Below are positions 37,680 to 49,757 of a stretch of DNA of 64,000 bases, piece after piece. Origin of the DNA: Malacoraja senta (taxonomy: Eukaryota). Each line of letters starts with the position of its first letter. Within the stretch, counting starts at the first letter, position 1. The translations under genes were made by a program, and so were the position numbers. Below the pieces are notes generated by a model. That model was not told where the DNA came from and did not search any database. It saw only the letters and a program-made list of their open reading frames with translations. The stretch is from the NCBI GenBank assembly GCA_038087875.1, contig CM075989.1, forward strand, positions 4,402,001-4,466,000. Reading direction: 5' to 3'.

Positions 37680-37906
37680 CACAGTGGCGCAGTGGTAGAG
37701 TTGCTGCCTCACAGAGCCAGAGACCAGGGTTCGATCCTGACTACGTGCAGTATGTACATTCTTCCTGTGACCAGGTGCTTCTGTAAATTACCCCTGGTGT
37801 GTGTAGGATGCAAGTAAGTGAGATAACATAGAGCTAGTGTGTGGGGGATCGCTGGTCAGTGCAGACTCGGTGGGCCGAAGGGCCTGTTTCCACACCGTAT
37901 TTCTAA
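37680..37906 (+). mobile_element. HE1-type V-SINE, internally deleted
   Basis: Head and tail are present. Confidence 0.8.
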
Positions 37907-38814
37907 AAACAAAAACAAGGATGTTCATTGCTACAATCTCCGTGGCAACCACTGTCACTGCAGTCATTGTACTGCTTCGAGCTTGTACTTGAAGCTGTGG
38001 TAGATGGTGGTGTTCAATGAGGATTCCTGGCAGAAGCCCGCACTGTTCCCAGTCTGACTAAAGGTCCCGACCCGTAACGTCACACATTCCTTCTCTCTGG
38101 AGATGCTGCCTGTCCCACTGAGTTACTCCAGCATTTTGTGTTTACCTTCGACCACTAATGAAACCTTGTCTGAGAACAACTTGTTTGTGCAATTGTCTCA
38201 TCAGCAAAAAGTTGTTGAGTGAAAACCACACTATTCCGCAGGGACTCACACCATCTGAAAGCAAAGATCACTGAGCAAGGAACCTATTAGTTGGTGATCT
38301 CGAAGCACTGGTGAAGATTGTCTCTTGCTCTTCAACGTGTGTTCAACTGCACAAGATTAAGAGTATTGTTCTCCAAATACAGCGAGCCCAGCTTAGGACA
38401 ACGCCACAATCTGCCCATGCACTTCTTGTGTATTTTCACATATGAAAATGTCCTTACAAATATCACATCCAGCCTTGATTGCTGTTTAAGTGCTGAAACA
38501 ATATCAATAATGTTCCAAAAGTAGGAATTAGCAATTCAAATTTCACATGAATATCTTTTAATAGGAAGGAGAAAGGATGTGTCTTTTACACTGATAAATG
38601 TCAGTGTAAGCTGCATCTTAGCACCAGTCTGCAGCACAATCAGGAATGGACTGTGAACTTCTCTGAAGATATAATCTGTGTAGGTGCATGCTTTGTGAAG
38701 TCTTTAGACCCTTCATATTCTGCTATTTGTGTTATCATTACTACATCAGCCAGAGGGGAAACAATTATTTACCATAACTCAAAATAAAAGGACGTTCCTT
38801 AAGGAAGGAGATGA

Positions 38815-39493
38815 GGATTCACTGGAATTTAGAAGGATGAGAGGGCATCTTACAGAAACGTATACAATTATAAAAGGACTGGACAAGCTAGATGCAGGAA
38901 AAATGTTCCCAATGATGGAGGAGTTCAGAACCAGGGGCCACAGTCCAAGAATAAAGGGGAGGCCATTTAAAAATGAGATTAGAAAAAACAGAGAGTTTTC
39001 ACACAGAGAGTTGTGAATTTGTGGAATTATCTGCCACAGAAGGCAGTAGAGGCCAGTTCACTGGATGAATTTAAAAGAGTTAGACAGAGCTCTAGGGGCT
39101 AGCGGAATCAAGCGATATGGGGAGAAGGCAGGCACGGGTTATGATTGTGGATGATCAGCCAGGATCACGATGAATGGTGGTGCTGGCTCAAAGGGTCAAA
39201 TGGCCTCCTGCACCTATTTTCTATGTTTCTATGTTTGTAGGAGGAATTTCGTTAGTTAGAGGGAGGTGAATCTGTGGAATTCTTTTCCACAGAAGGCTGT
39301 GAAGGCAGTTACTGGATATTTCTACGGCAGAGATAGTTAGATTCTTGATTAGTACAAGTGTCAAGGATTATGGGGAGAAGGCAGGAGAATGGGGTTAAGT
39401 GGGAAAGATAAATCAGCCGTGATTGAATGGTGGATTAGACTTGATGGGCCGAATGGCCTAATTCTGCTCCTATCACTTATGACCTTATGAACT
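38815..39493 (+). mobile_element. Two tandem CR1 3' ends
   Basis: SLEFRRMRGHLTETYTIIKGLDKLDAGKMFP. Tails (TTTCTATG)n at ~39215-39235 and TTATGACCTTATGA at ~39480. Confidence 0.85.
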
Positions 39494-39931
39494 TTTGAAC
39501 TATACAGACCAGAGCAACTCCCCAACTGGACAGAGAGCCTGCCAAAGGCAAGATAAATAAAGACAAACCATGAACAGGTCAAGGCAGGTATTCAATATTA
39601 CATATTCAAACTAGATATTGAAAGGTTTCAGGAAATGAAAGATTAAAATATTTCATGAATTTTCACTCATTTAAAAATCTTCATTTTGAGAGAAATGATC
39701 AGATACTCAGAAGTCGATTTAAAGTGAATGATCTTTCTCTTATCAAAACTAATGCAAGAAATATCCAGACAATCCTAAAAGGAGCATCAGGCATATTAAA
39801 TAACACAAGAACAATTCTGATTTATATTGCACCTTTGGCCAAGTAAAATGTTACCTGATATTTATACCAAGTCAAAGCAACAAAAAGTTAATCTTATTTA
39901 CATAATCAGTTGGAAATCTGAACGTTATTAC

Positions 39932-40325
39932 ATAGAACATTACTGTACAGGAACAGGCCCTTCAGCCCACAACTTCTGTGCCAAACATGATGCAAGTTAA
40001 ACTAATCTCTCTGTCTGCATATGATCCATTCTCTGTATATCCATGAACCTATCTAAAAGTCTCTTGAATACTATTGTCTTTCTGCTTCCATCATCACCTT
40101 CGGCTGCATGTTTCAGACACCCACCACTCTCTGTGTGGGAACCTTGCCCTGCATATCCCCATTAAACTTTAGTCCTCTGACCTTCAAGCTATGTCCTCTA
40201 GTCTTTGGGATTTCCAACGATGCATTTTATGCACTTCTATCTCCCCTCAACCTCCGACACTCCAGAGAAAATTATTTAAGTTTGTCCAACCTCTCCTCAT
40301 GGCTAATCCAGGCATCATCCTTGTG
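39932..40325 (-). mobile_element. CR1 3' end, old
   Basis: Paralogue of 19703-20058. Confidence 0.7.
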
Positions 40326-40410
40326 AAGGAAAGGCACAGAAGGCTGCAGTAACACAGCGGGTCAGGCAGCATCCCTGGAGAACATTGATAGGTGATGTTT
40401 CAGAGAGTAA

Positions 40411-40666
40411 TGGGCCTGTTCCACTTTCACGACCTAATTCACGACCTCTGCCGAGTTTGCCCTTGACATACTCGCAGCATGGTCGTCACGAGGTCGTAGG
40501 AGGTTGTAGGAGGTCATAGGAGGTCGTAGGTAGGTCGTAGCAGGCCGTGATGCTAGTCGTAGGTACTCGTGGCATCATGTAGGTCGGGGCATTTTTTCTA
40601 GCCTGATGAAAAATGTCCACGAGTAAAAAAGGTCGTGAATTAGGTCGTGAAAGTGGGACGGGCCCT
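40411..40666. mobile_element. PIF/Harbinger-like MITE
   Basis: ~37-bp TIRs TGGGCCTGTTCCACTTTCACGACCTAATTCACGACCT / AGGTCGTGAATTAGGTCGTGAAAGTGGGACGGGCCCT. Flanks are TAA and TTA. Internal AGGTCGT repeats. Confidence 0.85.
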
Positions 40667-40670
40667 TTAG

Positions 40671-40878
40671 TACAGAGAGTGGTGGGTTCCTGGAACGCGC
40701 TGCCAGGGTTGGCCGATACAATAGCGGAGTCTGAGAATTTTAGGTGGGCACGTGGATATACAGTGAATGGAGGAATATTGATCACCTGCAGGCAGAGGAG
40801 ATTAGTTTAACCAGGCATCATGTGTGGCACTGACATTGTGGGCTGAAGGGCCTGTTCCTGGATTGTGCCATTCTATTT
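40671..40878 (+). mobile_element. CR1 3' end
   Basis: QRVVGSWNALP and tail GGGCTGAAGGGCCTGTTCC. Confidence 0.7.
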
Positions 40879-41229
40879 CAGATCATAATAGTTACATCTT
40901 TCCACTGACTAGTTAGCTGTACATGACAATAAACTATACTACACTAAATTAAACTATCTTCTCTCGTCTATGTTCTATGATTCATTCTGCTATATCTTTT
41001 CACATCTTGTCTTGCATCTACATGAAGGAAACAGAGGTATCTCTGGTGATATTCAAGATTATTATCATAACCTAAACTCAGAAATCTTTTGCAATTTCCC
41101 CCAAAATTGTTTATAACAGTTACATCGCTCAGAAAACGTCACCTTTCTGCAATAGCTTGGGGGTTTGCAAGCTGTACAAGTGGCTGGAAATCTCAAGGAT
41201 TAGTAAACAGCAGTACTGTGTTTAAAATC

Positions 41230-41563
41230 ATGTGTAGAAAATCATGAGAGGAATAGATCGGGTGGACGCACAGAGTCTCTTTGCCCTGAGTAGGGGAATC
41301 AAGAACCAGAGGACATAGGTTTAAGGTGAGGGGGGAAAGATTTAATAGGAACTTGAGGGGTAACCTTTTCACACAAAGGGTGGTGGGGTGTATGGAACAA
41401 TCTGCCAGAGGTGGTAGTTGAGGCTGGTTTATGAACATGGATAGGACATGTTTGGAGGGATAGGGGCAGGTGGGACTAGTATAGATGGGTCATGTCGGCC
41501 GGTGTGGTGAAGTTGGGCTGAAGGGCGTGTTTCCACACTGTAAGACTCTCAGGCTCTCTGACT
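41230..41563 (+). mobile_element. CR1 3' end
   Basis: AGAACCAGAGGACATAGGTTTAAGGTGAG..CACACAAAGGGTGGTG. Confidence 0.8.
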
Positions 41564-42385
41564 CAACCACCAAAAAAAAGATATGCAATAACATCAGAGT
41601 GATTGTCTTTTTAATTCACTCAGAAGTGCTCAAGTCTACGCAGGCTTGATTTGATTGCTCACAGAATCATTTTAAACATGTTTGCAGTTAATACAGAGCC
41701 GAACTTTAGCCCCACCTCATTGACCCTGCTGTAAAATCAAAACGCTCTTAATACAGGCACCAAAGTTGGCTGGCAGTGGAGCGTTTGTTCACCAGAGTTT
41801 GATGTGCCTTTATGAATTTGTATAAAACAAAACTCCATTGTCATCTTTGCAAATACAAGTGCATCCGTATCATGTGAATTCAAATCCTAAAACGGTGCAG
41901 AATTCTGGAGAGGAAGCTTCAGAGGAAAGCATTTATTCAGACAGTCTGCAACTCTCCCAGGGCTCTGCAAATGTTTTGCGCATCAGGGTAATTGACACAT
42001 CAATTTATTTATTTAACTTTACTCAACAAGAAAAATCTGAGCAGAATTATTATTCTCTCTGCCGTACATTTTCCAGCGATTTGCTTTGATAAGGTACACT
42101 GGGGATTCAGGGGGAGATGATTTTGCAGGTGGGTTAAGCAACCAAGGAAAGGGCAGGTTTGCATCGTACCCAAAGGATTAATCCTCTGAAAAAGTGCTTT
42201 ATATCAAATACAAATGCAGTTCAATGAATCTCTGCGGTGAAGGGATTGGTAGTTTGCATGCAATTAAGTGGGCTGTGGTGTTAGTCATTCTCAAAGTGAA
42301 CCAATCCCATGTGTTAGCCTTGCAGCACAAATGTTAATATTTCTCGCCGCCACACAGCGCTGGTGGAACTTATTATGAGTCAACA

Positions 42386-42944
42386 GGGCGGCACACTGGC
42401 ACAGCGGTAGGGTTGCTGCCTTACAGCGAAAGCAGCGCCGGAGGCCCGGGTTCGATCCTGACTACGGGTGCTGCCTGTACGGAGTTTGTACGTTCTCCCC
42501 GTGATCTGCGTGGGTTTTCTCAGAGATCTTCGATTTCTTCCCAAGCTCCAAAGACGTACAAAGACGTTAATTGGCTTGGTAAATGTAAAAATTGTCGCTA
42601 GTGGGTGTAGGATGTGTGGGGATCGCTGGTCAGCGTGGACCCGGTGGGCCGAATGGCCTGTTTCCGTGCTGTATCTCTAAACTAAACTAGTTGCTGCCTT
42701 ACAGCGCCAGAGACCTAGGTTCGATTCTAACCACGGGTCCTTGTCTGTAAGGAGTTTGTACACTCTCCCCATGAACTGCGTGGGTTTTCTCCGAGATCTT
42801 TGGGTTCCTCCCACACTCCAAAGACGTACAGGCTTGTAGGTTAATTGGCTTGGTTATAAATGTAAAATTGTCCCAAGTGTGTGCAGGGATTGCTGGTCTG
42901 CGCGGTCTGGGTGGGCAGAAGGGCTGTTTCCGTGCTGTATCTCA
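42386..42944 (+). mobile_element. Two tandem HE1-type V-SINEs
   Basis: First copy 42386-42689 (GAAAGCAGC insertion). The second starts at the first copy's tail. Confidence 0.9.
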
Positions 42945-43752
42945 AAGAGAAGACACCAAAACAAAATAAAAATATTCCTTTGCCTTTTACTTTAATTTAA
43001 GTGATCAATACATGAGATCAAATGCATGAGGAACAGTATCTCTTCACTTTGAATGGACGTTTTCTCTCCTTTTTTCAAACCTTCTGACAGGATGTGTCTC
43101 AGCTGCCCTGTTGGTCATGTAAGCCGTGGGTTTTGATTGGAGCTGCTGGGATCAGGAGACGGAGTAGCAGTGGGATATGCAAATAATCAGGTGGGACCAT
43201 CTGAAGGCCAACATTTTATGCAAACCAGCTGTTTACACACATACAAGGAGTCTTTAATTAAGCAGCTCATGTTCCCAGTGAGAAAGAGGGAGATTTCAAA
43301 GTCTGCAATAATGCAGCGGGTAGATGATTATTTGAGAGACACTGCATTGAGTTAACTATCGATAAGCTGGAGTAACTCGGTGGGTCAGTCATGCAGCATC
43401 TCTGGAGAAAAGGAATAGGTGACGTTTCGGGTCGAGACCCTTCGTCACACTATCATCTGGTTAGAACAAAGTGCACCATCTAAGGCCTGAAGTGTATTAT
43501 AAAGGCATTGTTTCAATCGAGTGCAAATGTGTGGGTGTGGATTTTTATGTTGATGTCTCAGGAATGGAATAGTGCACTCACAATCGTGTGCCCGTAGTGC
43601 AATGACACAGAAAATGCAACTTGTTTTTAAAGTTCAGTTCAGTTTAGTTGATTGTCACGTTTACCAAGTGACAGTGAGAAGCTATTTTTTGCATGCCAAC
43701 CAGTCAGCGGAAAGGCAATACGTGATTACAATTGAGCCATTTACAGTTTGCT

Positions 43753-44190
43753 CAGGGGTGGGGAACCTGCGGTCTTAAGGCCGCATGCGGCCTTCTAGGC
43801 CATTAAGTGCGGCCTTTTGAGTGAATCCAAATTTTGTAGTACAAATCCTTTTATTTTTATTATATTTTTGTTCGTCTTTTATTATTTTTATTTTAATCTT
43901 AAAATGAACGTATTTAGAATACCAAAGAGTAAAAGAAGATTCAACAAAATAATCCTCCCCGACTGACGGCCACAATTAAAACATTAGTAAGTCATGAGGG
44001 CTATTTTATTGCCACGAAGAGTTACTCGCTTTGGGCACTCTTACGGGTAGAACACGAGGAATAGATTTCTTCAACAACTTTCAACATAATTGTCGTGAAG
44101 TATATCTAATTGAAGTTTCTTGGATGCGGCCTTATTAGATTACAGCTAACTTAATGCGGCATTCCAACATGAAAAGGTTCCCCACCCCTG
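43753..44190. mobile_element. hAT/Charlie-like MITE
   Basis: Perfect 16-bp TIRs CAGGGGTGGGGAACCT and TGCGGCC subterminal repeats. It sits in a minus-strand retroelement tail (~43630-44340). The TSD is not clean. Confidence 0.85.
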
Positions 44191-44419
44191 GTATAGATAC
44201 ATGATAAGGGAATAACGTTTAAGGCAAGGTAAAGCCAGTAAAGTCTGATCAAAGATAGTTCGAGGGGCACCAATGAGGTAGCTAGTAGTTCAGGGCTACT
44301 TTCTAGTCGTGGTAGGATGGTTCTGTTGCCTGATAACAGATGGAAATGAACTGGGGAAAGAGCGCTGGGTCTTTGAGATCTGGGGGAAAAATAAATTGGA
44401 ATAGGAAACAGTACCATTA

Positions 44420-45209
44420 AGGGCCTGTCCCACTGACGCAACCTTTCAGCGACTGTCTTCGACCTTCAAGCTCGAAGGCACTCGCCTGGAAAACCTCGAG
44501 CTGGATCGACCGTCAGCGATGAAACTGCGAGCTGGATCGACCGACCGCACACACACACACAAACACATCGCAAAGGTGGGGGCCAGGGAAAGCGGGGGAG
44601 CCCTGTCTGAAATTCACACCCGCGATGAAGAGGAAGGTTAAAAAAAAGCTGCACAGTGTATGGTAAGTCCTTTAGAGAGTGCGGAGTGGGGTAGAGAAGG
44701 GGAAAGAGGGGGAGAGAAAGGGAGAGAAGAGGAGAGAAGGGGAGAGAAGGGGAGAGAAGGGGGGAAGAAGGGGGGGAGAAGGAGTGGAGACACTTTTAAG
44801 AAGTCAGACAACTTATAATAAAGTTTAGCGGGCATTTTACATTGCCGGTCAGTTTTCCTTGGTCCTGAAAACTCCAATGAGCCAATTAAAATGCCCGGTC
44901 AGCGAAGGAGATTGCCTACGGCTGCCCTGGACTGCCTGTAACTACATAGCGACCCCACTCCACTGCACTACGAGTTCAAAAGAACCATGCCGACCAATTT
45001 TTACTCGTGGAAAAATTTTCAACGTGCTGAAACATTTTCCTCGTCCAAACTGTGGCCGCGAGTATGCGGGAACTTCCCCCGAGCATGAAGTAGAGTTCCA
45101 GTGACCTCATAGGACCTCCTAGGACCACGTGTCGACCATGCTGCGAGTTTGAGTCGAGGGCAAACTCTTCTAAAGTCGCAGATTAGGTCGCCACAGTGGG
45201 ACAGCCCCT
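44420..45209. mobile_element. PIF/Harbinger-like non-autonomous element
   Basis: TIRs AGGGCCTGTCCCACTG / CAGTGGGACAGCCCCT. TTA TSD at 44417-44419 and 45210-45212. Confidence 0.9.
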
Positions 45210-45341
45210 TTAGTGTTTATAGCACATTGATTAAACATAGAAAAGTAACACTTGGGGGTGATGTGTATGAACACTGGTGATCCCAACATTAATACATAGT
45301 GGGTTGCTATCCAGCCCAACACATGAAAGGAAATGGCACAG

Positions 45342-47355
45342 AGTCAAGAGACAAGAGTGTTTTATTGTCATATGTCCCGGACGGGACAATGAAATTCTTA
45401 CTTGCTGCAGCACAACAGAATATGTGAATATGTAAACATTGTATATAAACGGGAAAAAAAGAAAAAGTTCAATAAATATCAAATATAGTGCAAATAATAA
45501 TATAGTATTTTGCAGTTCAGATCTCAGAGCTTATTCGTTGTGTTTAATAGCCTGATGGCTGTGGAGAAGAAGGTGTTCCTGAACCTGGACGTTACAGTCT
45601 TCAGGCTCCTGTACCTTCTTCCTGATGGCAATGGAGAGATGAGTGTGTGGCCAGGATGGTGTGGGTCCTTGATGATTTTGGCTGCCTTTTTGAGGCAGCG
45701 ACTACGATAGAACCCTTCGACAGTGATGGAATGGGCAGTGGTCACAACTTTTTGTAGTCTTTTTCGCTCCTGGACGTTCAAGTTGCCGAACCAGGCCACG
45801 ATGCAACCAGTCAGAATGCTCTCTTCCGTGCACCTGTAGAAGTTGAGGAGAATCCTCTTCAACATGCCGAATCTTCGTAATCTTCTCAGGAAGTAGAGTT
45901 GCTGATGTGCCTTCTTTACAATTACATTGGTGTGCTGGGTCCAGGAAAGATCTTCTGATATATGCACGCCCAGGAATTTGAAGTTATTGACCCTCTCCAC
46001 CATCGTCCCGTTGATATAAACAGGATTGTGGGTCCTCGTCCTTCCCCTACCAAAGTCCACAATCAGTTCCTTGGTCTTATTGATGTTGAGAGCCAGGTTG
46101 TTGTGCTGCCACCATTTGGTCAGTCGGTCGATCTCACTTCTATACTCTGACTCGTCCCCATCTGTGATTCGTTCAACCAAAGGTGTCGTCGGCGACCTTG
46201 ATGATGGAGTTCGCACTATGACCAGCAATGCAGTCATGGGTATAGAGTGAGTAAAGCAGGGGGCTGAGCATGCAGCCTTGAGGTGCTCCCGTACTGATTG
46301 TTGCTGAGGATGAAGTGGTTCCTCCAATTCGAACAGACTGTGGACTGTGGATGAGGAAGTCGAGGATCCAATTGCAGAGGGATGTGCAGAGGCCCAGAGC
46401 TTGGTAACCAGCTTGGAAGGGATGATGGTATTAAATGCCGAGTTGTACTCTATAAACAACAGCCTGACGTAGGTGTTTTTATTGTCCAAGTGGTCCAATG
46501 CGGAGTGGAGAGCCAGAGAAATTGCATCCTCCATTGACCTGTTGTGATGGTATGCGATCCGTAGTTGGTCGAGGTTCTTGTCGAGGTAGGAGTTGATGTG
46601 CACCATAACCAACCTCTCAAAGCACTTCATCACCACAGACGTTAGTGCCACTGGTCGATAGTAATTGAGGCACGTCACCGTCTTCTTGGGCCCTCTTAAA
46701 GCAGGTGGGGACCTCAGACCTCAGAAGTGAGAGGTTGAAAATGTCTGCAAAATCTCCCGCCAGTTGGTCTTCACAGGTCTTGAGAACTCGACCGGGTATA
46801 CCATCAGGTCCAAGCGCTTTCCGAGGGTTCACCCCCCTGAAGGATCTTCTGACGTCGGCCTCTGTGACTGTGACTGGGTGAATAGGGGCTCGGGAAGGCA
46901 GATCAATGTTCTCCCTATCGAACTGTGCGTAGAACGCATTGAGCTCGTCAGGGAGTGATGCTTCGCTGTCGTTTGAGCCGCCTCCTGATTTCGCCTTGTA
47001 GGAGGTGATGGCATTCAAGCCCTGCCACAGTTGCCAAAAATCCGTCATTCTCCAGCTTAGAGCAGAAGTCCCTTTTGGCCTTTTTGATGGCCTTACCAAG
47101 GTCGTATCTGGACTTCTTGTAGACCTCTGCATCGCCAGACCTGAATGCCCAGGATCTGGTCCTCAGAAGAATGCAGATCTCATGGTTGATCCAAGGCTTC
47201 TGGTTAGGAAACACTCGGAAGGTTTTTGTTGGAACGCAGTCCCCCACACATTTCCTTATGAAGTCCATAACGACTGTGGCGTATTCGTTCAGGTCCATTG
47301 CCGAGTCCCTGAACATTGCCCAGTCTACAGACTCCAAGCAGTCCTGGATGAGATA
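45342..47355 (-). mobile_element. Rex1/Babar-type LINE, 5'-truncated, with a frameshifted reverse transcriptase
   Basis: [55 protein letters not shown] and SGRRYRSL are spread over several frames. The 3' tail is intact. Confidence 0.95.
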
Positions 47356-47534
47356 CTGTAGGACATTGTGCTGGCATCTCCTTGTGTGAGTCAACCTTTC
47401 TTCAGAAACAATATTATCAAAATCCCTCTTTTTACATCCCTCAGATTCTCTTCTCAGTGAGTAACTTGAGAGTGGGAAAGTTGGACCCAACATTAGGTTT
47501 GAGGGATTCAATGTTTCTGCACCAATAGGATATT

Positions 47535-47700
47535 GTGTATAGGAAGGAACTGCAGATGCTGGTTTACATAGAAGATAGACATAAAATGCTGGAGTAACTC
47601 AGCGGGACAGGCAGCATCTCTGGAGCAAAGCAATGGGTGACATTTCAGGTCAAGACCCTTCCTCAGACTGCCTGTATCGCTGAGTTACACCAACATTTGG
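47535..47700. mobile_element. Penelope-type element
   Basis: Tail, one arm and a partial inverted arm. Confidence 0.75.
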
Positions 47701-48319
47701 TTTCAACTTTATTTCAACTCAACTCAATGCACTGCAAAGGCACAGAAGAGAAGACAATTCCTGAGGCAGATTAGCCAAAATCACACTAAATGGTGGGAGA
47801 GGCTTGAAGGGCCAAGTAGCCCATGGCTCATTTTTCCTTCTTTTCTACCATTTCATCCACAGGGAGCATAACTCCATAATTTCTTGTTGTAAAGCTCCAT
47901 TCAATATGATCAAGGCTTATCATCTCTAGGTCTTATCTCCTCTTCTGTGCCAGTTCCCCATAACCTTCAGCAACCATCAATCTGCTGAAAGGAAATCAGT
48001 GGATAAAGCAGCGTAAAGCCCCTGTCCCGCTTAGGAAACCTGAACGGAAACCTCTGGTGACCTTGCGCCCCACCCACGGTTTCCATGAGGTTCCCGGAGG
48101 TTTTGGTCACTCTCCCTAATGGTCGAAAGTGGTTTCCGCGTGGTCGAGGCTTCTTCTATGTTCCTGCGATTATTTCAACAAAATCAAAACCGGCCTCGAC
48201 TAAAAATAGGTTGCCGTTTGGTCGAAGCCAGTGGAGTGGGGTCGCTATTTACTTACAGGCAGTCGAAGGCAATCTCCTTCGCTGACCGGCCATTTTGATT
48301 GGCTCATTGGAGTTTTCAG

Positions 48320-48341
48320 CAAAGATCCTATAGGATCTTTG
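48320..48341. mobile_element. 22-bp palindromic insertion with 8-bp TSD (candidate transposon footprint)
   Basis: GTTTTCAG-CAAAGATCCTATAGGATCTTTG-GTTTTCAG. Confidence 0.8.
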
Positions 48342-48670
48342 GTTTTCAGGACCTAGAAGATCCGCCGGAAGGTAAAATGCCCGCTAACTTTATTAAACTT
48401 CTTAAAACTGTCTCCACTCCTTCTCCCCCACCCCCCCTTCTCTCCCCTTCTCTCCCCCTTCTCTCCCCCTTCTCTCCCCCTTCTCTCCCCTTCACTCTCC
48501 CCTTCTCTCCCCTTCTCTCCCCATCTCCCCCTCCCTCCCGCGCTCTCTAAAGAACTTACCATGCTCTGTGGCAGCCGTTTACCTTCCTCTTCATCGCGCA
48601 GACAGCGCTCCTCCGCTGTCCCTGGCCCCCACCTTCGCGATGTGTTTGTGTGTGTGTGTGCGGTCGGTAG

Positions 48671-48692
48671 CAAAGATTCTGTAGGATCTTTG
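48671..48692. mobile_element. Second 22-bp palindromic insertion with 8-bp TSD
   Basis: GTCGGTAG-CAAAGATTCTGTAGGATCTTTG-GTCAGTAG. Confidence 0.8.
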
Positions 48693-49134
48693 GTCAGTAG
48701 ATGCAGCTCACGCTTCGGTCGAGGCTTTCCAGGCGAGTGACCAAAACTTCTGGCGACTCATGGAAACCTTGGATGGGGCGCAAGGTCAACAGAGGTTTCC
48801 GTTCAGGTTTCCTAAGTGGGACAGGGGCATTAGGACTAGATTCCACCACCTGCTCTCTCTTGTGTCTCCCCACAATCTTCAATTCCCTGAATCTCAAACT
48901 TTGTCCATTATAATCACCTCCAATGATCTAGCCTCCATAAGCCTGGCGAATTCCAGAGACCTATGTTCCAGGGTCGGACAGTGAGAGTACCGCGATTTTG
49001 GCTGCCAACTATCCGATAAGTGGTTAAACTGAGTTGACCTCTCCACCCAACCCCACCAACGCTATCACCATTTGCACCTTCAGAAGAATGTGGATGGTTA
49101 CATGACATTATCTAAAGTCTGCAGGAAAAAGTCA

Positions 49135-49757
49135 TAGAAACGTAGAATATAGAACAGCACAGGAACAGGCCCTTCAGCCCACAATGTCCATGCCGAACAC
49201 GCCACCGTTAAACTAATCTTCCCTGCCCGCATGTGATCCATATCTCTCCATTTCTTGCACATCTTGTGCGTCTAAAAGCCCCGTAAATGCCACCATCGTA
49301 TCTGCCTCCACCACTATCCCCGGCAGCACGTTTCAGGCACCCACCACTCTCTGTGTAAAACCTAACCCTGCATATCTCCTTTAAACTTTTCCCCCTTCAC
49401 CTTCCAGCTGCGCCCTTTGGTATTTGACATTTCCACCCCAGGAAAAAGGTTCTGACTGTCTACCCTATCTATGCCTCGCATCATTTTATGTTGTTTCATT
49501 ATATAATTGTATTATTTTAATTTAATTCTGGTCACCCCATTATAAGAAGGTTTTGGAGACGGTACAGGCGAGGTTTATCAGAATGATGGGGAAGCAAGGA
49601 ATTGCAGATGATGGTTTACCAAGGAAAGACAAGGCATTTTAATTTAACTTTATACAGATCTCCCCTCAACCACTGATGCTCCAGAGAAAAAAAATACACG
49701 CTTGTCCAACCACTCCTTGTAGCTAATTCCCTCTAATCCAGTCAGCACTCTGGTAAA
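49135..49757 (-). mobile_element. CR1 3' end, interrupted at ~49490-49655
   Basis: Paralogue of 19703-20058. Confidence 0.75.

Larger units (their letters stand above)
48017..48829. mobile_element. PIF/Harbinger-like non-autonomous element
   Basis: ~73-bp TIRs with GGAAACC repeats (5 mismatches). Flanks are TAA and TTA. The core is homologous, in inverted orientation, to ~44480-44940. Confidence 0.9.

Noticed and set aside
40485..40590. CRISPR-like array (AGGTCGTAGG repeats)
   Set aside because: The units are about 10 bp with no unique spacers, lie inside a TIR element, and are in a eukaryotic context with no cas genes.
43745..44198. 8-bp TSD for the hAT-like MITE
   Set aside because: The left flank AGTTTGCT and right flank GTATAGAT do not match well enough to claim.
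45524..46678. 384-aa ORF as a functional gene
   Set aside because: It is Rex1-type RT with compensating frameshifts: the catalytic region is out of frame from about KLWASAHP to TPLVER. The element is also 5'-truncated.
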